Below are positions 13,985 through 25,440 of a DNA stretch of 64,000 nucleotides, in pieces. The stretch lies in contig OZ024745.1 in assembly GCA_964016885.1 (NCBI GenBank), positions 102,238,001-102,302,000 on the forward strand. Reading direction: 5' to 3'. Numbering within the stretch: position 1 is the stretch's first letter; each line of letters opens with the position of its first letter. Both the position numbers and the translations under genes were made by a program. Source of the DNA: Eledone cirrhosa. Taxonomy: Eukaryota. The notes beneath the pieces are model-generated. The model saw only the letters and a list, made by a program, of their open reading frames with translations, did not search any database and was not told where the DNA came from.

Positions 13985-14520
13985 TCTAAACTATAATAAA
14001 GGAAGTCTGCGGGACAGCGTACGGTTTCTTTTTCTTTTATTTTATCCCGTTAGTAAAATAAGTTGGATTACTTTGAATAAATAATGAATGAATATTACAT
14101 AATTTATCTACTAAGTTTTGTAAACTAAAATAATTTCGTAAAAATAAATAATTAAAAATTGACTTCTTTTCAAAGGTGCACTTCCGGTATATCGTTGCAA
14201 CCACCACCACTTCAACTACCATATATATAGAAAGAGAGAGTGTGTGATGTTGACACTTCCGGTGGCGATCACTTAAACAAACATACTAATTTTCTCCTAA
14301 TGCAGTTTATATATAATATCGTCTTTTTTTAATGTATCATGGATTACGTTACTGATTACATAAGTCAGTGTAACCACATCTTCTTTCAATTTCTGTTTAT
14401 ATCGTAATTACGATTTTATTTGATGTATCATATCTACATGTATATATACTTGTGTATAATATCAATATACACACCACACATGCCAGCAGAAAACCACCCG
14501 AAGGGTCGTTTTTCTGTTAG
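13985..14520 (+). mobile_element. Non-autonomous Helitron (536 bp)
   Basis: Starts TC (TCTAAACTATAATAAAG). Ends with hairpin CAGAAAACCACCC-GAA-GGGTCGTTTTTCTG then TTAG (CTAG variant). Inserted between A and T with no TSD; removing it restores the satellite unit gtcatagttgtaa|ttgtggtaataaagctagtg. A second copy is at 42763-43881. Confidence 0.88.
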
Positions 14521-15709
14521 TTGTGGTAATAAAGCTAGTGTTTGTGGTTGTAGTGTAGTCACAGTTGTTAGTGTGGTAATACAGCTAGTGTTTGTGGTTG
14601 TAGTGTAGTCACAGTTGTTAGTGTGGTAATACAGCTAGTGTTTGTGGTTGTAGTGTAGTCACAGTTGTTAGTGTGGTAATACAGCTAGTGTTTGTGGTTG
14701 TAGTGTAGTCACAGTTGTTAGTGTGGTAATACAGCTAGTGTTTGTGGTTGTAGTGTAGTCACAGTTGTTAGTGTGGTAATACAGCTAGTGTTTGTGGTTG
14801 TAGTGTAGTCACAGTTGTTAGTGTGGTAATACAGCTAGTGTTTGTGGTTGTAGTGTAGTCACAGTTGTTAGTGTGGTAATACAGCTAGTGTTTGTGGTTG
14901 TAGTGTAGTCACAGTTGTTAGTGTGGTAATACAGCTAGTGTTTGTGGTTGTAGTGTAGTCACAGTTGTTAGTGTGGTAATACAGCTAGTGTTTGTGGTTG
15001 TAGTGTAGTCACAGTTGTTAGTGTGGTAATACAGCTAGTGTTTGTGGTTGTAGTGTAGTCACAGTTGTTAGTGTGGTAATACAGCTAGTGTTTGTGGTTG
15101 TAGTGTAGTCACAGTTGTTAGTGTGGTAATACAGCTAGTGTTTGTGGTTGTAGTGTAGTCACAGTTGTTAGTGTGGTAATACAGCTAGTGTTTGTGGTTG
15201 TAGTGTAGTCACAGTTGTTAGTGTGGTAATACAGCTAGTGTTTGTGGTTGTAGTGTAGTCACAGTTGTTATTGTGGTAATACAGCTAGTGTTTGTGGTTG
15301 TAGTGTAGTCACAGTTGTTAGTGTGGTAATACAGCTAGTTTGTGGTTGTAGTGTAGTCACAGTTGTTAGTGTGGTAATACAGCTAGTTTGTGGTTGTAGT
15401 GTAGTCACAGTTGTTAGTGTGGTAATACAGCTAGTTTGTGGTTGTAATGTAGTCACAGTTGTTATTGTGGTAATACAGCTAGTGTTTGTGGTTGTAGTGT
15501 AGTCACAGTTGTTATTGTGGTAATACAGTTAGTGTTTGTGGTTGTAGTGTAGTCACAGTTATTGTGGTAATACAGCTAGTGTTTGTTGTTGTAGTGTAGT
15601 CATAGTTGTTATTGTGGTAATAAAGGTGGTTTTTGTTGTAGTGTAGTCATATTTTAATTGTGGTAATAAAGCTAGTATTTGTTGTTGTAGTGTAGTCATA
15701 GTTGTTATT
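14521..15709. repeat. 50-bp tandem satellite, right homogenised array
   Basis: 14 identical 50-bp units (14571-15270, gtgtggtaatacagctagtgtttgtggttgtagtgtagtcacagttgtta), then 48-bp variants and a reversion to left-array types. Confidence 0.98.
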
Positions 15710-16311
15710 AGTGCATCTACTACCACATATAACACAGCTACTCTACATACTACTTTTCTTCTATATCTCTAATATTAAACATAGTATGTCTGTTTATTTT
15801 GCAGATAAATCTTGTGACTGAAATACTTGCAATAGAAAATGACTGATCGAGTGTAATGACGATAAACTATAACAGACAAGGCATTGGCAATATCATTGCT
15901 TTTGATATCTGAAATTAATCACCTCCTGATTAAGAGACTGGAGCTTGGCAACTTTTCATTTTAGAATTTACAAGTAGGTGCTTTTTTCTCAATTAAATTG
16001 ACTACTTGCCTTGAATGCCAAGCAATAGTGATTCAACAAAAAAGAATCACAAGTCTGAATTTCAATCACTAGCAATGCAATGGTTTCTGTTCTTAAACTC
16101 TTAAAGTTAAGGAATTTCACAAGTGCAATTATCCTTTAGAGCTGGAGCCTGTTTGTGGTTATTTAATCTGCAAGAAATAGTAGCTAAATATTCCGCAAGC
16201 CACACCTTTCCATAAAAAAAAGGAAACATTTTAAAATGTGATCTTAGGTTACATTTTTTCTGAAAAAAAAAGATGTGGTGGTCATATATATATATATATA
16301 TATATATATAT

Positions 16312-16782
16312 CGTCATCATCATCATTACCATTTACTGTCTATTTTTCCATGTTTGCATGGGTTAGGCAGGTTGTTCATGCTGGGAGGCAAGTCTGGCCA
16401 GAGTTGGCCATAGCGCAAATGAGTATAAATTTGGCTGGGTAATTTACACCTGATGCCCTTCCTAACACCAACCACATTTATAGTGTGGAACTGAATAGCT
16501 CTGTTATGATGATGGACAGACAAGTTCTTTTTACGTTTTACCCAATACCTTTTTCGATGGCATTTTGTTGTTTTAACAGCTTCTTTACGCTGAGTTTCTC
16601 TATTTTCCTAAAAGGCTTCCAGTGAATGTGGTTGGTGTTGGGAAGGGCATCCAGCCGTAGAAAACCTGCCAGATACAGTCCTATATAATAGTGAGACACG
16701 GTCACCTGATCAATCTTGCCTCAAGTGGGACAATTCCCATCTAACCCATTCTAGCGTGGAAGATAGATGTTAAACGTTGACA
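16312..16782. mobile_element. Two RTE 3'-UTR-type tails in opposite orientation
   Basis: 16312-16530 (-) begins with (CAT)n and contains gatgcccttcctaacaccaacc. 16618-16782 (+) contains ggaagggcatccagccgtagaaaacc...gttaaacg, as at 32830-32990. Confidence 0.7.
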
Positions 16783-16835
16783 ATATATATATAATCCCCC
16801 CCACACACATATATTTATATATATATATATATAAA

Positions 16836-19300
16836 AGTTGACAACAATCGAAATCCCCAAATGGGGGAAGCGCTACAAATGGGTTGTTTAATACCCCGTC
16901 GATAGAACAACCCTCAACTCCAGGAGCGTGTTGTGCAAGTGCTTCTTTCTTCCTTTTGCTCTCTTCTTTAACCTACAGGCTTATAAACAGAGAAGGCCCA
17001 ATCACTCGGGCCATTTTTGCCACATTCACCCACCTTTCAGTAAATTTACTGGGGTGCAGTGCCTCTCTCTCCACTCTGATTCTCCTTCTAAAGTGATACT
17101 TAAAGAAGGGAATCAATTGTTGTCCAGAGAGAAAGGCATCTGTTCTCAGTCCTCTCAATCTCGTCCACCATATAACTTCTTTCACCATAGCCACTGTACA
17201 GAGGAAAACCGCCTCTCTTTCGTTTTTGAAAGAGGCTGGCGGTTTGATCCTTACTATGGATTCAGCAGTCAACTAGATTTGTCCCATATGCGACAGCAGT
17301 TGTTCTGCATAGTTCCACAGGTCAGTTACGCCCGGGCAGTGTACAATTGCGTGCAGGATGGTTTCAATGTCCTGTGCGCATCTTGGAAGTTGTCTATAGG
17401 TCTCGGGTGGAAAGTCCTACCAAACAGACTGGTGAGCTCATTGTCTTCGATGCCTAGAGTCTCTCCGAGCACGTCGTCATCCTGGTAATGTACAATCCCT
17501 ATATAGAATGTCGAAGTGGAGTCTCCACTAATTGCTGTGCCCGCTTGACAGAGGACTGTGAGCGCCTGAGCGCATTCAATGTGCCAGGAGCCAATCATTT
17601 TCGGTCTTTTCTTGACCCAGGACTGCAGCTCCATCAGCGAAACGAGCCGTGGGAAAGCCTGTCTCACAAACGGTGCCCACACCGATTGGGGGTCGGTCAG
17701 GAATACCTGGAGATGCCGCAGCCTCAGCGCATGTTTGCGCATCATCAGCCACGGAGTTCCCAGTCCGCCGTTGGAAGGGTGCTGACAGCAGACGGATCTC
17801 CTCACCAGTGGAGCCTGCTTCTTCCAAAGGAACTTGAAGAGCATGTGTTCCATCTTGGTGAGGTGTTCACGGGGACATGGCATGACGGTCAAGCGGTAGT
17901 AGATGACAGACGCTATGAAAGTGTTCGCCACCTCCCCTCGACCTTTCAAGGATAGTTTGCACTCTGCCCACTTCTGGGTGAGCGCAAATACCTTGGCCGT
18001 GACCTCGTTCCAGTTTTTCTCCACCTGGAGGTCCGGACCGTACCAGACCCCGAGCAATGAGCAATTTCACCGGTCCGTCCGTCCAGTGTTCGACGACGCT
18101 GTCGGATGGCATCGGTTTGCCTCTCCACGTTCCGAGTTGCAAACCGACAGACTTGTCCGGGTTCAGTTTTGCTCCTGTGAGCCTTTCGTATTCTTGCAGT
18201 AAGTTGCCCATCGCCCCGATTTCCGAGGTTTCAAACACCATTACTGTCACGTTGTCGGCATAAGCCGACACCGCTTTCCGCAGTCCCAGTTCCAATGGGA
18301 TGCCCTGCAGCAGCTCCAACTTCCACAGTAGTGGCTCTAGAGTCAGTATTTACAGAATGGAGGAGAGAGAGCATCCCTATCGGATGGAACGCGTAATTGC
18401 GAATGGCTTCGATAGGAAGCCATTCACCTTGACCATCGCGCAGACGTTGGTGTGCATTGCAGTGATCCAGCCCCTGAAGACAGGTCCGAAACCGGCCACC
18501 TTGAGAACCGCTTCCAAGTATTGATGGTCAACCCTATCGAATGCCTTCAACTGATCTAAATTGATCAGAACCCCACTGAAGCCGGGTTTACACCCCACCC
18601 TCTCTATGATGTATCGCATGGAGGTTGTCATGTATGGATCTGGTCGGGATTGCACACGTTTGCGCTTTCCCTACCAGGTTTTCGACGACAAGCGCCAACC
18701 TCATTGCCAACACCTTGGCCAAAATCTTTAACTCTGTGTTGAGCAGAGTTATGGGCCTAAAGTTGCTTAGTTCGTCCCCCTTGTTCTTGTCTTTCCTGAT
18801 CAGTGTTACTACGCCCCTGCCTGCAGAACTGGGAATTCTCCCGTTCTGCTGCCAGTTGCAGTAGATGGCTTCAAGGACGCCAGAGAACAAGTCCGGGTGA
18901 TTTGTGTTTCCTGCAGCGGCCCAGAGCGTCCCATATCTCAGTGGCTGTGATCGGTTTTTCGCACAACTTGGCGTCCATGTTCGAGAGGTGCGGCAGGCTG
19001 TCGAAGTATGAACTGAAGTCCATTGCCTCGTTCGACGCCCCGACACTCTGCTCAAACAGTTGCGCCAAGTGCCGCTGAAAGGCCGTGCACATCCACTTGG
19101 GGTCAAGTAGCACGCGTCCATTTTGGTTTTTCAAAGACCGAATCATGGACTTGTTGCCACTTTTCACCTCTGTCACTCGGGCTCAGCTAACAGCTTTTGC
19201 TCCCTCATTTCCTAGAGCACGTGATTTACTTCTGACCACGCAGCCTTCGTGTTTCGCATTGAAGAACTGGTTCAGTGCCGTTCTTGTTGCTAGCACTCTA
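16836..19300 (-). pseudogene. L1/Tx1-clade LINE ORF2 remnant (linker, RT and C-terminus), frameshifted
   Basis: Consecutive minus ORFs give EGCVVRSK, NFRPITLLNTELKILAKVLA, DQLKAFDRVDH, AYADNV, GAKLNPDKS and GGLGTP. These are L1/Tx1 RT motifs, broken into at least 6 frames. The 3' end abuts a (TA)n tract. Confidence 0.92.
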
Positions 19301-19950
19301 GTAAGGAACATAAGGAAAGACAGTTTTTTGAGTAAGGAAAGCCGTTTTTTTTGTGTGTTTGAAATCACGTGAAAAGTCACAGTCCTTCACATTGCGTCGG
19401 CTTTGATTTGTGGCGGAGAGGTGATTTTAAATCCCCCTTTTTCCTCGAAGGTAATATATTTTTTTCCTTCATTGATCATTTCCTTCGCATTGGAAATATC
19501 AATATTTGTAACAGTTCCTTTGCTTATTGTGGCAAAAGATTTTTTATGGTTGCTGTTGTTGTTGTTGTCATTGTTGTTGTTTTTGTTTGTGTTGTTCTCA
19601 ATTGCTTGATTTGTGGTTGTGGAGTTCATTTGTGAAGTTGTGTTTTTTTTCTTGTTCAATATTTTTTGTGTCGTTTGTGTTTCCATACTTTTGTTTTCAT
19701 GTGATTTTTCTCGGTCATTACCTGTTGCCATAGCGATATTCATTTCAATGCTCCCATTTTCACTTATGGCGGGAAACGCTTCAATTTTATCATTCATTGT
19801 CATAAAAACAATTTCTTATGAATTTTCTGAAAATTTCAATGACCCACTCACTGACAATTTAGTTGGAGGGCAATCTATACAGTCGTATATTTTTTTAAAC
19901 AAAAAGACAAAAACTTACCAGCGCAACTGGCACACAACTTCCTCTATCTC
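19301..19950 (-). mobile_element. Probable LINE 5' UTR plus N-terminus of ORF1 (ORF 19387-19803)
   Basis: 138-aa Asn/Thr/Lys-rich ORF with a KKSFATI (SYA-like) motif, typical of L1/Tx1 ORF1 N-termini. Same strand as, and directly upstream of, the ORF2 remnant. Confidence 0.55.
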
Positions 19951-20038
19951 AGATAGATAGATGTAAAAACTGATGTTTAATATGACTCCTAATTAGCAAT
20001 TTGTGTTATATAATTATATAATTATATATTGCATAAAT

Positions 20039-20360
20039 TGGTGCGGTGCAGTGTGGTTCAGTGAGATGCGGTGTGGTGTGGTGTGGTGTGGTTCAGTGAG
20101 ATGCGGTGTGGTGTGGTGTGGTGTGGTGTGGTGTGGTGTGGTGTGGTGTGGTGTGGTGTGGTGTGGTGTGGTGTGGTGTGGTGTGGTGTGGTGTGGTGTG
20201 GTGTGGTGTGGCGTGGCGTGGCGTGGCATGGCGTGGTGTGGTGTGGTGTGGTGTGGTGTGGTGTGGCATGGTGTGGTGTGGTGTGGTGTGGTGTGGTGTG
20301 ATGTGGTGTGGTGTGATGTGGTGTGGTGTGATGTGCTGTGGTGTGATGTGGTATGGTGGT
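20039..20360. repeat. (GTGTG)n pentanucleotide microsatellite
   Basis: About 60 units with GCGTG, GCATG and ATGTG variants. It explains the spurious WCGVV ORFs. Confidence 0.97.
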
Positions 20361-21077
20361 TAGATCCTAGTAAAGCTTCATCAGAATGAAATTCAAACAG
20401 CTGTTTTCTTGTCCATTTCTTCCAATAATATCTACTTGAAAACTAAATAACACTGCAAAAGGGTTCCTAATTCAGCCACTCTAAGAGCATGGAATTTGGA
20501 GAGGAAACATTTCTTTCATTATTTTATTGAAAATGGTTTTCAAGTGAAGGAACACTCAGTTTATATTGATGAGTCGAGATTGATTGCCTGTTGAAAAACT
20601 TTCATTAAATAGATTTCAAACTGAGATTCTGTTAAAATTCCCACAACACACCTTAAAAGAATTTTATTAATTAATGGCATTTAAATTAATTTCAGGTTCC
20701 TTTCTGGAATAATTATTGTTCTATTCTGAAGATATTGGTTCAAGTGAAACATTACCACTGAAATATCAATATCTGTAAGTGACATAAATGTACTAAGACT
20801 ATAAGCATTATCATCCTGCTAAATAAGTGCAACGTAAATTTCTTTTTTATTGCCCTTATATGTTTAGAGTTCTAACATTTTTCAATACAATGTTGATTTC
20901 AAAAGCATTCGCCCTTTAATTGGTTTTAGTAGAGATAGGAAAGAAATTGCAATTCTCTTTAAAACAATATGTAGATATGGCTTTATTTATTTTTTTTGAC
21001 AGTTATTTATTCATGTCATGTTTTGGAGAACAAAACAAAAAACATCCAATAAACATCTGAGTAAATGAATGTATAAG

Positions 21078-21310
21078 GCATCATCATCACCGTTTAGCAT
21101 CCATTTTTCCATGCTTGCATGGGATAAATGGGTCATCCATGTTGGGAGACAAGTCTGGCCATACTTTGCTCTGATGAGGACTGTAAATTTGACCAGGTAT
21201 TTTACAGTTGGATAGCTTGCAAGCAGGGAAAAAGCGGACGTAAAATGAAAAAAAAAAAAATACCCTTCCTAACACCAACCACATTTACAATGTGGAACTG
21301 GATGGCACCA
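21078..21310 (-). mobile_element. RTE-type tail with a nested 5'-truncated SINE B end (21215-21260, +)
   Basis: (CAT)n start; ggata|cccttcctaacacc is interrupted by gcttgcaagcagggaaaaagcggacgtaaaatg(A)n. Confidence 0.65.
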
Positions 21311-21785
21311 CTCTGAGGAGGGACAGGCTAGTTGGCTGCACTGAACCAATCTCACAATGTAACCATAGTATGGGGGCCTGGTACTGGATAACACTGCTAT
21401 GAGGAAGGACAGATGCAGAACCATAGTTTGAGAGCCTGGTGGTTGATGGCACCACTATGCAGAGACAGGCCAATATATTTTAAATAATATCTCACAGATC
21501 CAAATTTATTGGCTTAAGAAACAATATGGTTATTGTCATATGAGGTCATGTGTATGTTTTCAGGTATATGAGACATATGTTAAAAAGAATGAGGATGAGG
21601 ATTTATCCTTGTAGCATTTCATTAAGAAAATTGCAAGATTTAGATATCATGTTTTTGTACTTTACATCACCCAATGACTTGATAGATTGTTCATTAGTAT
21701 GTGTTTTGTGTTGTTTCCTTAGGAGGCTTTGAATATTTTGTCTCTAAGCACATAGTGAAATATAAAGTTAAATGCTTTGTAGATG

Positions 21786-21985
21786 TTAATGGTAGTTAAG
21801 ATGGTATATTTGGTAGCTTTTTGTTATTGAAACTAATACATACCCTTGCATTATGTTCTTTACTGGTGCTGCATTAGAGTGCTGTAGTAGGAATCCATGC
21901 TGGGATTTTGAAAAAGGTATGTGTGGGTTAGTGATATGAAGGATTTGGTTTTTATAATGTTTTAAGGAACGCATAGAAGAGTGAT
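21786..21985 (-). pseudogene. Short decayed non-LTR reverse transcriptase fragment
   Basis: Translation PHIPFSKSQHGFLLQHS resembles the QxGFRxxxS motif of LINE RT domain 2/2a. Confidence 0.5.
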
Positions 21986-22351
21986 GGTCATGTATAATAT
22001 AACTTCACTATGATTTTTTGAGTTGAAAAATGAAAAAGACCAAGCGTAAATTAGTACTTGATATTTATTAATGGTGATTAATTTGTAGAAATATATATAT
22101 AGTGAAAGAAGTGTGGACATTACAAAATGTTCTGAACAGATCAGATTATATAAGGAAAATGATATTAATAAAAAAAGGGTTTGTAAAACGCACCTGGTAT
22201 ATATATAAAAGATCTTCATAACATGTACACAAATTGATGTTGTGTAGCAAAGCTCACTTTCTCAGTGTTGGATTAGCAAAACATTTGTCATTAGGTTAAA
22301 TTGTTTTTTCTCATTAAAACTCTTTCATGCTGATTCTCAGAATAGTTACCT

Positions 22352-22433
<82 letters not shown>

Positions 22434-22507
22434 TACACAAATCATTTTCTGTTTTTAAGTCAGATAAGATTAAATATTCATTTAACAGATCCATGTTGGA
22501 AAGGGAT

Positions 22508-25440
22508 CATCATCATCATCATCATCACCGTTTTACGTCCGTTCTTCCACGCTAGCATGGGTTAGACGGGTTGTCCTGTTGTGGGCAGTGTCTGGTCGGC
22601 TGACCATGCCTTGCTCATACAGGAACTGATCTGGCTTGATTTCTACAGCTGGATGCCCTTCCTAACACCAACCTCATTTACAGTGAGTGCTGGGTGCTTT
22701 TTCGTGGCGCCTACACGTCCACTTTACAGTGTGGGCTGGGTGCTTTTTTGCCGTGGCACCTCCACGACCACCTTGCGGTGGGGGGGGGGGGCATATTGTT
22801 TATATGCTTCAGCATGTACCCATGGGAGGTCGGGTACCCTGTATTACTGCGTGACGCCAGAAGTCACGGTCGTGTGTCATTGACTTTGAGAGGTGTAGTT
22901 GGGTAAGGTCGGCTTTTATCACCTCATCCCAAGTCATCTTGGGTCTCCCCACTCCGCGGTTTCCATCAACTTCTAGTGCTCTGCACCTTTTTATGCAGCT
23001 GTCATCCTTCATACGCATCACATGTCCATACCAGCGTAACCGCCTCTCCTGCACGCAGCATTTGATTCCTCTTATGCTCAGTCTCTCTCTCAATTCATTT
23101 ATGCTTTGTCGTTCACGTATATTACTGTTACACATCCATCGGAGCATGCAGGCTTCGTTTCTCTCTAATCTACGTAAGTCTTCCACCTTCAGCGCCCAGG
23201 TCTCACTACCATGCAACATCGCTGTTCGGATACACGCATCATACAGTCTGCCTTTCATTCTGAGGGAGAAGCCTTTTGCAGCTAGCAGTGGTAGTAGTTC
23301 CCTAAACTTCTTCCATCCCGTTCTTACCCTAGTTATTGTACTTTCTGAGCACCCACCTCCGTTGCTAATTCGGTCACCTAGGTAGCAGAAGCTGTCTACT
23401 GTTTCTACAGGGCCCTCCCAGAGATTGGTGGTACTTGTTTCCTGTGGCTGTTTGCTTGCTGTTTCAGCACAGCTGCTGCATGTGAATCCTACATTCTTAA
23501 TTAAGCTTCCTGAGATCTCGCTACATCTCTTGTGTACCCATTGTTTGCATTTGGGGCAAAGAATGGAGTTCCTACCTACACCTTTCCTACATACTGAGCA
23601 AGGCCATTTCCCTGAGGGGATCTGGGTTCTGTTTTCTCGTCTACTTATAAGGACCTTAGTCTTTGTCATGTTGACTTTGAGGCCCTTTCTCTCTAGTCCC
23701 TGCTTCCAGGTTTGGAATTTATTCTCTAGTTCTACCATAGATTCAGCTATGAGTGCGAGGTCATCAGCATACAGGAGTTCCCATGGGCATCCGGTCTTAA
23801 ACTCCTCCGTTATTGCCTGCAGGACTATGATGAACAGGAGAGGGCTAAGAACAGAGCCCTGGTGGACCCCAACCTGTACGCTAAATTCCTCGCTATACTC
23901 ATTGCCAATCCTAACTTTGCTGACTGCTCCCCTATACATGGCTTGTACCGCTTTCACAAGCCATTCATCTACTCCTAGTTTTCTAAGAGCCCACCAGATT
24001 ACTGCACGTGGAACTCTGTCAAAGGCTTTCTCAAGGTCGACAAATGCCAAGTAGAGTGGCTTACTTTTAGCTAGGTACTTTTCCTGTAATTGCCTCACAA
24101 GGAAGAGCGCATCAGTGGTGCCTTTCCCTGGAACAAACCCAAATTGCATCTCGTCTATATTCACCCGGTCCCTAATCAGCTGTGCTATAACTCTTTCTGT
24201 TACTTTCATGACCTGGTCCATCAACTTTATACCTCTATAGTTTCCTCTATCTAGTGCATCGCCTTTACCTTTGTAGCAGTTGACAATGATGCTACTGCAC
24301 CAATCTTTTGGTATGGCCCCCTCTAGTATTACCTGGTTAACGATACGTGTGGTTATAGTGTGACCTACAGACCCAGATGCCTTCAGCATCTCGGCAGCTA
24401 TACCCGATGGACCGGTTGCCTTCCCTATCTTCATATCTCTGATTGCCTTACTTACTACGCTGCCGCTGACTTGTACTGCTGGTCCCTCTATAGGGTCTAC
24501 GTGGGGTAGGGTCTCTTCTTCCCATGCATTCTCCTCATTTAGTAATCTATCATAATGACTCTTCCATGCATCTTTCTTCTCAGCACTTGTGAGGGCAAGC
24601 TCACCTTTATCATTCCGGATACACTTCTCTCCAATGACATCACAACTATCTCTGACACACTGCCTCGCAATCTTGAATACCTCCTGTTTCTGGTCCTCAC
24701 GTTGTAAAACATGCTTGAATTTTCTATCCTCTGCTTCCCTCCTAGCTAAGTATACTTGTCGCCTAGCTTCCCTCTTGGTCTCTATGTAATGTACCCTGCT
24801 CCCCCCGTTCTTCCATTCTTTCCATGCCTGTCTCTTGGCCTTGACTGCTTCATCTACCTTATTGTTCCACCACCAAGTCACTCTCCTCCTGCTTGAGGTC
24901 TTACTCCAGCCACAAACCTCATCCGTCGCCTCTAGTAAGTTATTTTTTAGGAACTCCCAGTTCTCTTCTACGTTAAATGTCTCTATCTGTTCTTCTTTAC
25001 TGTCGTAGGCGTTGAGTAAAATATCTTTAAATCTGTTACTGGTTGAGGGGACTTTCAGCTTCCAGATCTTTCTTCTCCAGGTTGGCCTCTGTTTCAGGGC
25101 TCGTCTAGTTCTGACCGTGAGGTCGCTGACAACTAAGCTATGTTGGGATGTACATTCCTCACTAGGGAAGGCTTTTGTGTTTACGACCGTCCATCTGTCA
25201 CGTCCTCTGATGAGGATAAAATCTAACTGACTAGAGTGCTCCCCTGATCTATAGGTGATCAGGTGGTTGTCGGGTTTTTTAAAGTTTGTGTTACATATCG
25301 ACATGTCATTGGCGTCGCAGAATTCTAGAAGTCTGAATCCTTCCTCATTCCTTGTGCCAACTCCATGGCCTCCATGTACTCTATTGAAGCCGTCGCAGTG
25401 TTTACCTACGTGTCCGTTAAAATCTCCTGCAATGATTAGG
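22508..25440 (-). mobile_element. RTE-clade LINE, 5'-truncated, young
   Basis: Uninterrupted ORF, ~300-bp 3' UTR and (GAT)n tail at 22508-22528. The 5' end is cut inside the endonuclease domain. Confidence 0.95.
22809..25440 (-). CDS. RTE ORF: C-terminal half of APE endonuclease, reverse transcriptase, PHD-type finger and C-terminal domain (no true start codon)
   Basis: AGDFNGHVG, LDFIL and SQH (APE); NYRGIKL, QFGF, FVDLEKAFD, GVHQGSVLSP and YADD (RT); CSVC..CPKC..HKRC..CSSC; RLRWYGHVMR..GRPK. The first ~10 aa of the predicted 887-aa ORF are flanking DNA. Confidence 0.93.

Noticed and set aside
13985-14520. Host promoter or first exon between the arrays
   Set aside because: Helitron termini, the A|T empty site and a second copy at 42.8-43.9 kb explain it as a mobile element.
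9810-15709. CRISPR-like or mucin-like coding interpretation of the 50-bp array
   Set aside because: Units are contiguous with no unique spacers. A 50-bp period shifts frame and hits stops. No cas genes, and the context is eukaryotic.
15805-15846. Possible terminal exon (ttttgcag|INLVTEILAIEND*)
   Set aside because: Only an acceptor-like site and 13 codons; no recognisable protein and no upstream exons.
20003-20389. Cys/Trp-rich ORFs (also the YI/HT/VC-repeat ORFs at 5.1, 34.6, 46.8 and 50 kb)
   Set aside because: Translations of microsatellites.
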